From: an uncultured Bacteroidaceae bacterium
GTDB taxonomy: Bacteria > Bacteroidota > Bacteroidia > Bacteroidales > P3
DNA length: 64,000 bases
Direction: 5' to 3'
NCBI GenBank assembly: GCA_964542225.1
Contig: CAZITO010000003.1
Span: forward strand, 9,332-73,331
The notes under the pieces are model-generated. The model ran no database searches and was not told the DNA's origin. It worked only from the letters and a program-made list of their open reading frames with translations. Positions 48,718-57,675 of this stretch are shown piece after piece (position 1 is the first letter of the stretch; each line of letters starts with the position of its first letter). A program made the translations under genes and the position numbers.

Positions 48718-51372
48718 ATGGCTCAAAAAGATAAAACAACAACCCCTTTGATGAAGCAATACAATGAAATTAAGGCAAAATATCCTGATTTCATATTGCT
48801 TTTTAGAGTAGGGGACTTTTATGAAACATTTGGACAAGACGCTGTAGAAACTTCTAAGATACTGAACATTGTTTTAACCAAAAGAGGTACTGTTAATGCA
48901 GATTATTTGGCAGGCTTTCCTTATCATGCATTGGAAACTTATCTGCCAAGATTTGTACGTGCGGGCAAAAGAGTCGCTATATGTGAGCAAGTGGAAGACC
49001 CCAAAACAGCTAAAGGAATAGTAAAAAGAAGTGTGGAAGAAATAGTAACGCCGGCTATTTCTTATACTGATATGGAAATACAGACGGACAATTCTTTTCT
49101 TTGTGCCATACATAAAAATAAAGACAATTTTGGAATTGCTTTTGTAGATGTCAATACGGGCGATTTTTTTGTAAGTGAGGGCAATGCCAACGATATGGAA
49201 AAATTGTTTCAAAATTTTATTCCCAAAGAAATTGTTTTGCAAAGACAAAAGGAGAGAGAATTGCAAAATATTTTACCTAAGAATATACTTACAAAAACAT
49301 ACGATGATTGGGTTTTTTCTTTAGATTTTGCAGAAGGAGTGCTGGAGGATAGTTTTGGAGTCAATTCGGTTAAAGGTTTTGGTATAGAAGATATGCCTTT
49401 GGCTATTACTGCCGCCGGTGCCACTCTTTATTATATTAAGGAAACAAATCACAATGAACTGTCTCATATTTGCAATATTGCTCGTATAGACAACGGCAAA
49501 TTTGTATGGATGGATAAGTTTACCATAAAGAATTTGGAAATTTTACACTCTTTCGATTCCGAACAAAGTACTCTTTATTATACCCTCAACAAGACGCAAA
49601 CCAATATGGGAGCAAGACAATTGCAACGATGGTTGATGCTTCCTCTTAAAGACAAACAAGCCATAGAGCAAAGACAAAAACTTGTTACCTGCCTTATATA
49701 CAATGATGATTTGCGGGAAAATATGCAGAATGCTTTGCAGGAAATAGGCGATATGGAAAGAACAATTTCTCGTCTTTCCGTACATAGAATAAATCCGCAA
49801 GAATTATTTCATTTCACCAATATACTAAAAAGCATACATGAATTAAAAAACAAAATCTCCTTATTGGAAAAAGACAAGGAGTTGTTTCCTGTTTTGGACG
49901 ATTGTTACAAAATGAGGGAATATATAATCAAAAGCATAAATGCCGATGCTCCTAACAATATTAATAAGGGTAATGTAATAAAATATGGTTTCAGTGAAGA
50001 GTTGGACAGATATAAAGACATAACCACCAATTCACAGGCAGTTTTGGACAAAATTTGCTCTGAACAAGCCTCTAATACGGGAATTTCCTCTTTGCGAATA
50101 GGTTTTAATAATGTATTTGGTTATTACTTGGAGGTAACTAATACTCACAAAGATAAAGTACCTTGTAACTGGGAAAGAAAACAGACGCTTGCAAACGCAG
50201 AAAGATATATAACCCCTGAGTTAAAAGAAATAGAATCTCAGATGCTTGACGCACAAGAAAATATTTCTTCATTGGAAACAAGATTATACCATGAGGTTAT
50301 AGAAGAGTGTAAAACTTATATGCAGTCTCTACACAATACTGCCAAGGAACTTGCAAGATTGGATGTATTGCTGTCTTTTGCCATAGTCGCATTGGAAAAC
50401 AGATATACTCGCCCGGAAATAATGCAAAACGATATTTTACACATTTCTGCTGGCAGACATCCCGTTATAGAAAAAATGCTTTCACAGGGAGAGGAGTATG
50501 TTGCCAATGATGTTTATTTGGACACCACTACACAACAAATAATCATAATTACAGGACCTAATATGAGTGGAAAAAGTGCTTATCTCAGACAAACGGCTCT
50601 TATAGTAATAATGGCTCAGATAGGTTCATACGTACCTGCCAAACATGCTCAAATAGGAATAGTGGATAAAATATTTACGAGAGTGGGAGCATCGGACAAT
50701 ATAGCCTCGGGCGAGAGTACTTTTATGGTGGAAATGAATGAAACAGCCTCCATATTAAACAATGTTTCTTCTCATTCTCTTGTACTTTTGGATGAAATAG
50801 GCAGAGGAACATCTACATATGATGGAGTTTCCATTGCTTGGGGCATTGCCGATTATTTACACAATCACAAGTATAGAGCAAAGGTTTTGTTTGCTACACA
50901 CTACCACGAACTTATCGCGATGGAAAATCATTTTGAAAGAATAAAAAACTATCATATAACTGTCAAAGAATTAGGTTCCAAAATATTGTTTATTCGCAAA
51001 ATAGCAAGAGGAGGTTCTTCCAAAAGTTTTGGTTTGCATGTTGCCCGATTGGCAGGTATGCCAAAGCAGGTTTTGAATGTTGCGGAAAAAATGCTTCAAA
51101 GGTTGGAGGAAAAAAGGTCGGATACTTTGCAGTTGGATATACAAAAAAACGATAAAAAAGGCTATCAAAACGATAAAAAAGGCTATCAAAACGATAAAAA
51201 TACAACAAAAGATGAGGTTTTAAGTGGTTTTCAAACAAGTTTTATTCAATTAAATGACCCCTTGCTCGAACAGATAAAAGAAGAGATATTAAATACTGAT
51301 ATTGAAAATCTTACACCAATAAATGCACTTAATAAACTCAATGAAATAAAGGCAATAGTAGAAAAAAAATAA
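48718..51372 (+). CDS. mutS: DNA mismatch repair protein MutS
   Basis: 884 aa with TPLMKQYNEIKAKYPD, FRVGDFYETF, GPNMSGKS (Walker A), LLDEIGRGTSTYDG and FATHYHEL. Confidence 0.95.
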   Translation: MAQKDKTTTPLMKQYNEIKAKYPDFILLFRVGDFYETFGQDAVETSKILNIVLTKRGTVNADYLAGFPYHALETYLPRFVRAGKRVAICEQVEDPKTAKGIVKRSVEEIVTPAISYTDMEIQTDNSFLCAIHKNKDNFGIAFVDVNTGDFFVSEGNANDMEKLFQNFIPKEIVLQRQKERELQNILPKNILTKTYDDWVFSLDFAEGVLEDSFGVNSVKGFGIEDMPLAITAAGATLYYIKETNHNELSHICNIARIDNGKFVWMDKFTIKNLEILHSFDSEQSTLYYTLNKTQTNMGARQLQRWLMLPLKDKQAIEQRQKLVTCLIYNDDLRENMQNALQEIGDMERTISRLSVHRINPQELFHFTNILKSIHELKNKISLLEKDKELFPVLDDCYKMREYIIKSINADAPNNINKGNVIKYGFSEELDRYKDITTNSQAVLDKICSEQASNTGISSLRIGFNNVFGYYLEVTNTHKDKVPCNWERKQTLANAERYITPELKEIESQMLDAQENISSLETRLYHEVIEECKTYMQSLHNTAKELARLDVLLSFAIVALENRYTRPEIMQNDILHISAGRHPVIEKMLSQGEEYVANDVYLDTTTQQIIIITGPNMSGKSAYLRQTALIVIMAQIGSYVPAKHAQIGIVDKIFTRVGASDNIASGESTFMVEMNETASILNNVSSHSLVLLDEIGRGTSTYDGVSIAWGIADYLHNHKYRAKVLFATHYHELIAMENHFERIKNYHITVKELGSKILFIRKIARGGSSKSFGLHVARLAGMPKQVLNVAEKMLQRLEEKRSDTLQLDIQKNDKKGYQNDKKGYQNDKNTTKDEVLSGFQTSFIQLNDPLLEQIKEEILNTDIENLTPINALNKLNEIKAIVEKK
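51150..51200 (+). repeat. 21-bp in-frame tandem repeat (about 2.4 copies) inside mutS
   Basis: CGATAAAAAAGGCTATCAAAA occurs twice and is followed by CGATAAAAA. It encodes NDKKGYQ-NDKKGYQ-NDK in the linker before the C-terminal helix. Confidence 0.9.
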
Positions 51373-51413
51373 AAAAAAGTCAAAAATATTTTGGTGGGTA
51401 TCATTTTTCGTAC

Positions 51414-51421
51414 TATCTTTG
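51414..51421 (+). promoter_or_regulatory. -7 box TATCTTTG upstream of the tRNA cluster
   Basis: CGTACTATCTTTGCAAAG lies about 80 nt before the first tRNA. Confidence 0.5.
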
Positions 51422-51502
51422 CAAAGTCAAATTCAAGGGGGTGCTGACGAAGAGGGCGAGGTTAGACGGAGCGGGGGTGCTTTTTTGAGGATGATGTATT
51501 AT

Positions 51503-51575
51503 GCGGGCATAGCTCAGTTGGTAGAGCGCAACCTTGCCAAGGTTGAGGTCGCGAGTCCGAGTCTCGTTGCCCGCT
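51503..51575 (+). tRNA. tRNA-Gly (anticodon GCC)
   Basis: The cloverleaf was folded by hand. The acceptor is GCGGGCA/TGCCCGC, the D-arm GCTC-AGTTGGTA-GAGC, the anticodon arm CAACC-TTGCCAA-GGTTG and the T-arm GCGAG-TCCGAGT-CTCGT. The T-loop reads TCC instead of the canonical TTC. Confidence 0.85.
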
Positions 51576-51638
51576 CTTTTTTTTGTATAGAGTAGTTCTT
51601 TAAATGAGAATTTGGAATAATTGAGAGTTGAGAAATAA

Positions 51639-51710
51639 GCGGAAGTAACTCAGTGGTAGAGTGCAACCTTCCCAAGGTTGAAGTCGCGAGTTCGAACCTC
51701 GTTTTCCGCT
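51639..51710 (+). tRNA. tRNA-Gly (anticodon CCC)
   Basis: The acceptor is GCGGAAG/TTTCCGC (one G-U pair), the anticodon arm CAACC-TTCCCAA-GGTTG and the T-arm GCGAG-TTCGAAC-CTCGT. Confidence 0.85.
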
Positions 51711-51742
51711 CTTGTAGTGGATATTCTAACGAAGATAAAAAT

Positions 51743-51827
51743 GCCATGGTGGTGGAATGGTAGACACGAGGGACTTAAAATCCCTTGAGCCTTAAAGCTC
51801 GTGCGGGTTCAAGTCCCGCCCGTGGTA
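51743..51827 (+). tRNA. tRNA-Leu (anticodon TAA), long variable arm
   Basis: The acceptor is GCCATGG/CCGTGGT (with G-U pairs), the anticodon arm AGGGA-CTTAAAA-TCCCT, the variable arm GAGCCTTAAAGCTCG and the T-arm GCGGG-TTCAAGT-CCCGC. Confidence 0.85.
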
Positions 51828-52067
51828 CTGAGTAAAAAACAACAATGGTTTTCCAAAAAATAATAGTTGTATTTTTTATGAGTTTGAAATTGATATATAT
51901 AATATAAGTAATAAATAGATAAATAAAGATAGATATGAACAAAGTTTTTAAAACTATGAAAAAAAAACGAATGCTTTTAATAATATTATGGACCTTATTG
52001 TTTGCAGATTCAAACAAAAAATATTTGCACAGGAAATTAATAAATTACAGATAAGATTATTAGAGAG

Positions 52068-53279
52068 ATGAAAAAAATTACAAAAACAGTTGCCATGTTG
52101 TTTATGGCACTTTTAACAAGTTCAACGATATTTGTTGCTTGTAATCACGAAGAAGATGAATACACTAATAAGAGTGTTCTAAAAAAGTCAAACAAAGATG
52201 CTCGTTTGTTCGAGCAAGATGTTTCAACAAAGGATATTGCATACAATTTTATGCAGAATATAATATCTAATCAGGGAATATTAAACGAAATCCATACTGG
52301 ACTCAAAGAATTAGTAAGTTTAGGGTTGGACGAGAATTTACCTGTATTCGATATCTTACATCCTGAAAGTTCAAAGTTGATAGCAAAATCGGTTTTTAAA
52401 GATTCACAAAAAGCCTTTGATACAAAAATGTTAGAAATCTTTGGTTTAAAAGGCACCAATTATTATAGGGATTTAAATATTTATTGGGGGTATCATGATA
52501 ATTGGGATGGAAAAACTATTCCTGTTATATGTTATATAGATGAACAAACAACATCTGATTATACTAAAGGTTTTAAGTTTGTTAAAGGTAATATAGAAGA
52601 GGTAACTATAACGGAGAAAGAATTTGATTCAGAAGCTTATCCTGTAATTGTAATAAACTTTAATGATTATAATTATGAACAGTACCCTGATTTTAAGAAT
52701 GGAAGTAGAACAAAGGATGGTGTTTATTGGGTGGATAATTATGAAATAGAATTTAAAGACGAAAAAGAATATGATAGAGAATATAATGAATGGACGGATG
52801 AACATAAATTATACAAAGCGTATATTACAGAATTTAAAAGTGGTGGAGTACAATGGGATCCTTGGATAAAAGGTGGAAGTGAATTTGAATTATCTTCAAC
52901 TTATATTGGAACTTCACAGTCGCCTAAAGTTACGACCCAAAGAATAAATTTTACGAGAAAACAAATTAAAAAGAAAGAGAAAAGGGATGTTTCATTCTTA
53001 TTACACTCTGATTGGCAAGAACAGTATTTAGATATAAATATTGTATTGTTGGAAAAAGACTGGGGAAGTGATAAAACTCTTAAGTTTAAACTAAATATAA
53101 AAGATTACGGCGAAATAGATACATCTATACCATTACTTAAATTTGATGATGAGGTGGGAAAATTGCCAAATATTACAAGAAATTCTTTTATAACAAGTAT
53201 CGTTAATAATAAACCTTATTATGAACTTGGTGATTGTAAAATAAAAACAGAAATAGTTGTTTATGATAAAGCATATTAA
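52068..53279 (+). CDS. Lipoprotein, function unknown
   Basis: 403 aa with a lipobox IFVAC. No recognisable motif. Confidence 0.45.
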   Translation: MKKITKTVAMLFMALLTSSTIFVACNHEEDEYTNKSVLKKSNKDARLFEQDVSTKDIAYNFMQNIISNQGILNEIHTGLKELVSLGLDENLPVFDILHPESSKLIAKSVFKDSQKAFDTKMLEIFGLKGTNYYRDLNIYWGYHDNWDGKTIPVICYIDEQTTSDYTKGFKFVKGNIEEVTITEKEFDSEAYPVIVINFNDYNYEQYPDFKNGSRTKDGVYWVDNYEIEFKDEKEYDREYNEWTDEHKLYKAYITEFKSGGVQWDPWIKGGSEFELSSTYIGTSQSPKVTTQRINFTRKQIKKKEKRDVSFLLHSDWQEQYLDINIVLLEKDWGSDKTLKFKLNIKDYGEIDTSIPLLKFDDEVGKLPNITRNSFITSIVNNKPYYELGDCKIKTEIVVYDKAY

Positions 53280-53292
53280 AATTATTACCATT

Positions 53293-54072
53293 ATGAAAAC
53301 TAAATTATTTTTATTGGTGTTGTTGCTATTTGTTGGTAAAATTTATGCAACGAATGATATAGTAACTAAAGGAAGTAATGATAAAAAAACTTATTGGGGA
53401 TTTGGTTTATCTACTAATATATTTTGTTTGGACAGAGGTTTTGATGCGTTTAACTACTATGCCTCAACAATTTCAGATAATGAACTTGCGAAGAGTAATG
53501 TAATCGGGCTAAGAAATCAAGGTAGTACTGGTTTTTTTGTGGATTATAGGTATCAGTATAGTAAGTGGAATGCTTTGGCTATACGACTTAAATATAACAG
53601 CAGACGTATGGACTATGTTTTACAAGGTGCTAACGACTATATTGGTTCATGGCAATCAAATACAACTCGAATACGTAATATAGAAATACCTTTAATGTAT
53701 AGATATACCTTTCACAAGGGGGATGTGGACTTGTTAACTGGTATTGTTGGTGTTGGAGCAGATATTATAATATCGTCAAGCCTAATGTCCTTTAAAGCAT
53801 TAACAAATGTACTTTATCCAAGAGTAGACGGTGAATTTGTTTTAACAAAAAAGAGATATGTTAATCCTTTTTTTACTGTTGGTTTTTCTGTAGATAAAAA
53901 AATAGGCAATAATAGACTTGAAACAGCACTGTTGGTTAATTTATATCCATTGAATGATAACTATAAGTACGAGTTTGTTAATTCCAAAATAGGAAGAGGT
54001 TCCATATATAACGCTAACTCAGAGTCTTTTGATAAGCATAATATAGAAGTTTCCATAGCATACTATTTATAA
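53293..54072 (+). CDS. Outer-membrane beta-barrel protein (porin-family/PorT-like), function unknown
   Basis: The start is placed at MKTKLFLLVLLLF (signal peptide). It has alternating hydrophobic beta-strand patterns and a C-terminal aromatic residue (...VSIAYYL). Confidence 0.5.
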   Translation: MKTKLFLLVLLLFVGKIYATNDIVTKGSNDKKTYWGFGLSTNIFCLDRGFDAFNYYASTISDNELAKSNVIGLRNQGSTGFFVDYRYQYSKWNALAIRLKYNSRRMDYVLQGANDYIGSWQSNTTRIRNIEIPLMYRYTFHKGDVDLLTGIVGVGADIIISSSLMSFKALTNVLYPRVDGEFVLTKKRYVNPFFTVGFSVDKKIGNNRLETALLVNLYPLNDNYKYEFVNSKIGRGSIYNANSESFDKHNIEVSIAYYL

Positions 54073-54174
54073 AATAACTGTCAAACAATAATAGAAAGAA
54101 TAAATAATGATATTCTTTCTATTATTGTTATATCAAAAAAAAGAAATTGTAAACTAATTAAACCAAATATAGAA

Positions 54175-54846
54175 ATGAAAAGATTATTAGTAATGAGATT
54201 ACAGTGGTAGTATTTACACTGAATGGTTTTGCTCAAGAAAGCAATTAGAAACGTCATAATTTTGGTATAGGAATTTCCTCTTCTTTGTCCTCATCTACAA
54301 ATAAGTTTTTAAAACATATTAGTGGAGATGGTGTAGTTTATGAAGGACATTTTGGCAAGGTGGATAAAAACTTTGATTTAAATTTATCCTTCCTTTATGA
54401 GTTTAGTCTCAACAATAGGATAACCTTTGGTGTGGCTCCTACATATAGAGAAAGCAGAGCGGAGATTAACTATCTATATGATTTGAGTATGTATGGAGAA
54501 ACAACAGAAACAATTTATGATATAGAAATACCTTTGTTTGTCGATTATAAGTTTCCTATAATGAGAGGTAACAAATTGTTTGCTGGTGCAGGTTTCTCTG
54601 GTTTAATTTAATATAAAAACTGATTCTCAAGAAATTGCCACCAAAAATACTTTTTCTCATTATTTGCTTTTTAGATTGGGTTTTGATGTTGTGGGTAATC
54701 ATAGGGTGCAGTTTCTTATGCAGTATAGATACAATCTTTCAGCAAACACATATTATGATGGTATAGATTATAATTTGTTCCCTATTATACAGAAAGAATA
54801 TTTCAAAGTAAATACCTTTGATGTAGGATTTAACTTTTTCTTTTAA
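54175..54846 (+). pseudogene. Decayed paralog of the preceding outer-membrane beta-barrel gene
   Basis: The pieces are MKRLLV.. (frameshift) ..ITVVVFTLNGFAQESN*KRHNFGIGISSSLSSSTNKF...IEIPLFVDYKF... (stop at 54609-54611 and a frame change) ...LFRLGFDVVGNHRVQFLMQYRY...VGFNFFF. The TAG is at 54246-54248. Compare IEIPLMYRYTF in the intact copy. Confidence 0.6.
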
Positions 54847-54914
54847 AAATTGCGCAGGTTAAAAATAGGGTTAGCATAAGTTAAGATAGTGCAAACTTAT
54901 GCTAATCTTTTTTA

Positions 54915-55502
54915 TTATACCCTGTTGTATCTGCGGTGAGTTATTTTTTTTAACTCTTCAAAAGAAGAAACGCCCAAATGCTGAGTTTCTCTCAAAAAAA
55001 GTTCTGCACAAGCCAAAGCATCCGAATCAGAATGATGATGATTTAGGCTTATATGTTCCAAATTACACAGATAGTCCAAAGAAAACTTTTGAGAATCTTT
55101 CCAAACGTCCCTTGAAAGCACGTAGGTACAAAGATAATGGCTTTGCGGTTTTTCAAGGTGATAATAGGTCAAAGTTTTTCTCAATACAGTAATATCAAAA
55201 GAAGCATTGTGGGCAAGCAGCATGGTATTATTAAGATAAGGTTTGATTTCTTTCCATATTTTATTGAAAGTGGGTTTATCTTCAACGTCTTCTTTATGAA
55301 TGCCATGTATTTTTTGAGCATAATGTTGAAAATAAGGAAAACAGATAGGTTTAATTAACCAGTTTCTAACCTCTACAACCTTATTATCTACAACCTTGGC
55401 TATACCCAAAGAACATGGAAAATATTTATCTGCAGTCTCAAAATCTATTGCAGTGAAACAAAATCCCCTTTCAGAATCGGGCTTAGCCAAAGTTGATAAC
55501 AT
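54915..55502 (-). CDS. DnaQ-like 3'-5' exonuclease (DEDDh family)
   Basis: 195 aa with FTAIDFETAD (Exo I), LLAHNASFDITVL (Exo II) and HHSDSDALACAELF (Exo III, H-x4-D). Confidence 0.8.
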   Translation of the reverse strand: MLSTLAKPDSERGFCFTAIDFETADKYFPCSLGIAKVVDNKVVEVRNWLIKPICFPYFQHYAQKIHGIHKEDVEDKPTFNKIWKEIKPYLNNTMLLAHNASFDITVLRKTLTYYHLEKPQSHYLCTYVLSRDVWKDSQKFSLDYLCNLEHISLNHHHSDSDALACAELFLRETQHLGVSSFEELKKITHRRYNRV

Positions 55503-55523
55503 ATTTTTTAAGTATATTATAAC

Positions 55524-57623
55524 CTATTGTTTTGTAGAGTTAAATTTATCCAATCCGTCGGACAAAAAGTTTATAAAATTGTTTACATTTTTGTCGTATG
55601 GTTGTGGTTTTTCTGTTAATAGATTACCCTCAGCGTCCATAAGCACATAAAGAGGCTGTGCATTGGCATGAAATTTCTCTATTTGATAGTTATGATTTTT
55701 CCTGCCAAGAGTTTTTATGGTTTTACCGTTCATTACTTTCCATTCGTTTTGAGGAAGTTCTATTGTATTTTCGTCACAATACAAAGATACCAAAATATAA
55801 TCCTCCTGAATCATCTTTTTTACCGCAGGTACAGACCAAACAGCCGTTTCCATTTCCCTGCAATTAGCACAAGACTTGCCTGTAAAGTCCAAAAACAATG
55901 GCTTGCCAACTTTTTTTGCATATTCTTTTGCTTCGTCCAAATCAAAGAATGCACGGAAACCAACAGGTACATGTTCATCCAATTTATCGGCATATTTTCT
56001 CTTTACAGGAAAATCATCGTTATGTACAGAGGAAGAAATATTGGCTTTGTTTTCTACAATTATTTTTTCAATGTTGTATTCTTGTGAAGAGACAGGAGGA
56101 AGATAGCCGGAAATAGTACTCAAAGGTGCCCCCCAAAGCCCCGGTATCATATATATAGCAAAAGAAAATGAAATAATCGAAAGGAAAAGGCGAGGTACTG
56201 TTATGTGCTTTAATTCTGCATCACCCTTGAATTTTAATTTCCCCAACAAATAAAATCCTATCATAACAAAAATCACTATCCATATACAAAGGTAGGTCGT
56301 TCTTGGCAAAATACCCCAGTTACAAGCTTGGTCGGCTACCATCAAAAATTTTAAGCCTAAGGCTATTTCCAAAAATCCAAAGACTATCTTCACACTGTTT
56401 AACCACGAACCGCTTTTCATATTCTTTAAGAAAGAAGGAAACATTGCCAATAAAGTAAACGGCAAGGCAAAACCTATGGCAAAACCAAGCATGGAAACAA
56501 AGAATATAAAGGAGTTGGACGAACCGGAGGCCATTTCCACCAATGCGGCTCCAAGTATTGGCCCCGTACAAGAGAAAGATACTAAAACAGTGGTCAATGC
56601 TATGAAAAACGCACCTAAAAAGCCACCTTTTTCGCTTTCTTTATCCGATTTATTTACCCATTTGCTTGGCATAGTTATCTCAAACAAGCCAAAGAAAGAC
56701 AGAGCAAAAACCATAAAGATAATAAAGAATAAAACATTAGGTATCCAGTGTGTAGAAATTATATACATGGCATCCTTGCCAAAAATCAAAGTCAACAACA
56801 AGCCTAATACCGCAAAAATCAGCACTATTGAAAGCCCAAAGAAATATGCTTGCTTTCTACCTTGTCTGTTTGTCTTTTTGCCATGAAGGAAGAAAGAAAT
56901 GGTCATTGGTATCATAGGGAACACACAAGGTGTCAACAAAGTTATCAGTCCCACGCCAAACGAAATCAAAAACACCATAAGCAATGATTTGTTTGCCAAA
57001 TCTTGAGTATCTCCAACGGATTCTGCTATCTGTGTTGTTGAAGAAATGCCATTTGTTGTATTTGAAAGAGAATTAACCGCCGTTTGCTCCGCAATAGAAG
57101 TGTCTGTTGTCGCAAGTTGTTGCTCTTCTATAGGTGTTTCTGTCGGCTTATTGTTATCTATTATATAAGGGTTGCCCTTAACACCAAAGGAAAACTCTTC
57201 CACATCGGGAGGAAAGCACGAACCATTTTCACAAAGTTGAAATTCTACAGAGCCTTTAACTGTTATGTCTTTATGAGAAAGAACTTTTACTCTTTGACGA
57301 AATACAACATTTCCCTCAAAAGAACGTGTAGTATCCTTTGCAAATTTATCATAATGAGATTTGTATGCAGGCTCTTTTACAGAACCAAGCAATTGGTAAT
57401 CTTTTGATTTGACAAAACTAAATTTTATAGGATTTTCAGTGCCTTTCGTGTATTGGGAATAAGTATGCCATCCCTTATCCAAAGAGCATTTCAATTGTAA
57501 TTCCGAAATAGAATCATTTATTCTATTTGTAACAAAACTCCACTTTGCGTGGTCTTGCGCATAGAGGTTAGCACCAAAGAAAACCACCAAAAAATACAAA
57601 ATAACCAGTCTTACTTTTTTCAT
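55524..57623 (-). CDS. dsbD: Thiol:disulfide interchange protein DsbD family (N-terminal periplasmic domain, CcdA-like membrane core, C-terminal thioredoxin)
   Basis: 699 aa. The membrane core has LTPCVFPMIPMT and SCTGPILG Cys motifs. The C-terminal thioredoxin fold has DFTGKSCANCREME (CxxC). Confidence 0.85.
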   Translation of the reverse strand: MKKVRLVILYFLVVFFGANLYAQDHAKWSFVTNRINDSISELQLKCSLDKGWHTYSQYTKGTENPIKFSFVKSKDYQLLGSVKEPAYKSHYDKFAKDTTRSFEGNVVFRQRVKVLSHKDITVKGSVEFQLCENGSCFPPDVEEFSFGVKGNPYIIDNNKPTETPIEEQQLATTDTSIAEQTAVNSLSNTTNGISSTTQIAESVGDTQDLANKSLLMVFLISFGVGLITLLTPCVFPMIPMTISFFLHGKKTNRQGRKQAYFFGLSIVLIFAVLGLLLTLIFGKDAMYIISTHWIPNVLFFIIFMVFALSFFGLFEITMPSKWVNKSDKESEKGGFLGAFFIALTTVLVSFSCTGPILGAALVEMASGSSNSFIFFVSMLGFAIGFALPFTLLAMFPSFLKNMKSGSWLNSVKIVFGFLEIALGLKFLMVADQACNWGILPRTTYLCIWIVIFVMIGFYLLGKLKFKGDAELKHITVPRLFLSIISFSFAIYMIPGLWGAPLSTISGYLPPVSSQEYNIEKIIVENKANISSSVHNDDFPVKRKYADKLDEHVPVGFRAFFDLDEAKEYAKKVGKPLFLDFTGKSCANCREMETAVWSVPAVKKMIQEDYILVSLYCDENTIELPQNEWKVMNGKTIKTLGRKNHNYQIEKFHANAQPLYVLMDAEGNLLTEKPQPYDKNVNNFINFLSDGLDKFNSTKQ

Positions 57624-57675
57624 AATGTTTGATTTATAAAATGAGTTTTAAAATATTTGATTTACTTTTTTAGAA

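Noticed and set aside
51150-51200. CRISPR array or other spacer-repeat structure anywhere in the window
   Set aside because: The only tandem repeats are the 21-bp coding repeat in mutS and the 54-bp pair at 7534-7641. Neither has regularly spaced unique spacers, and no cas genes are present.
340-54248. Cytosine-deaminase-type (C-to-T only) hypermutation as the source of the stops
   Set aside because: Some stops fit single transitions (TGG to TAG at RhuM MAN*KD, and probably CGA to TGA at IIYD*AD). Others most likely need transversions (protease NII*EYY, probably TTA to TAA). For most sites I cannot infer the ancestral codon without alignments.
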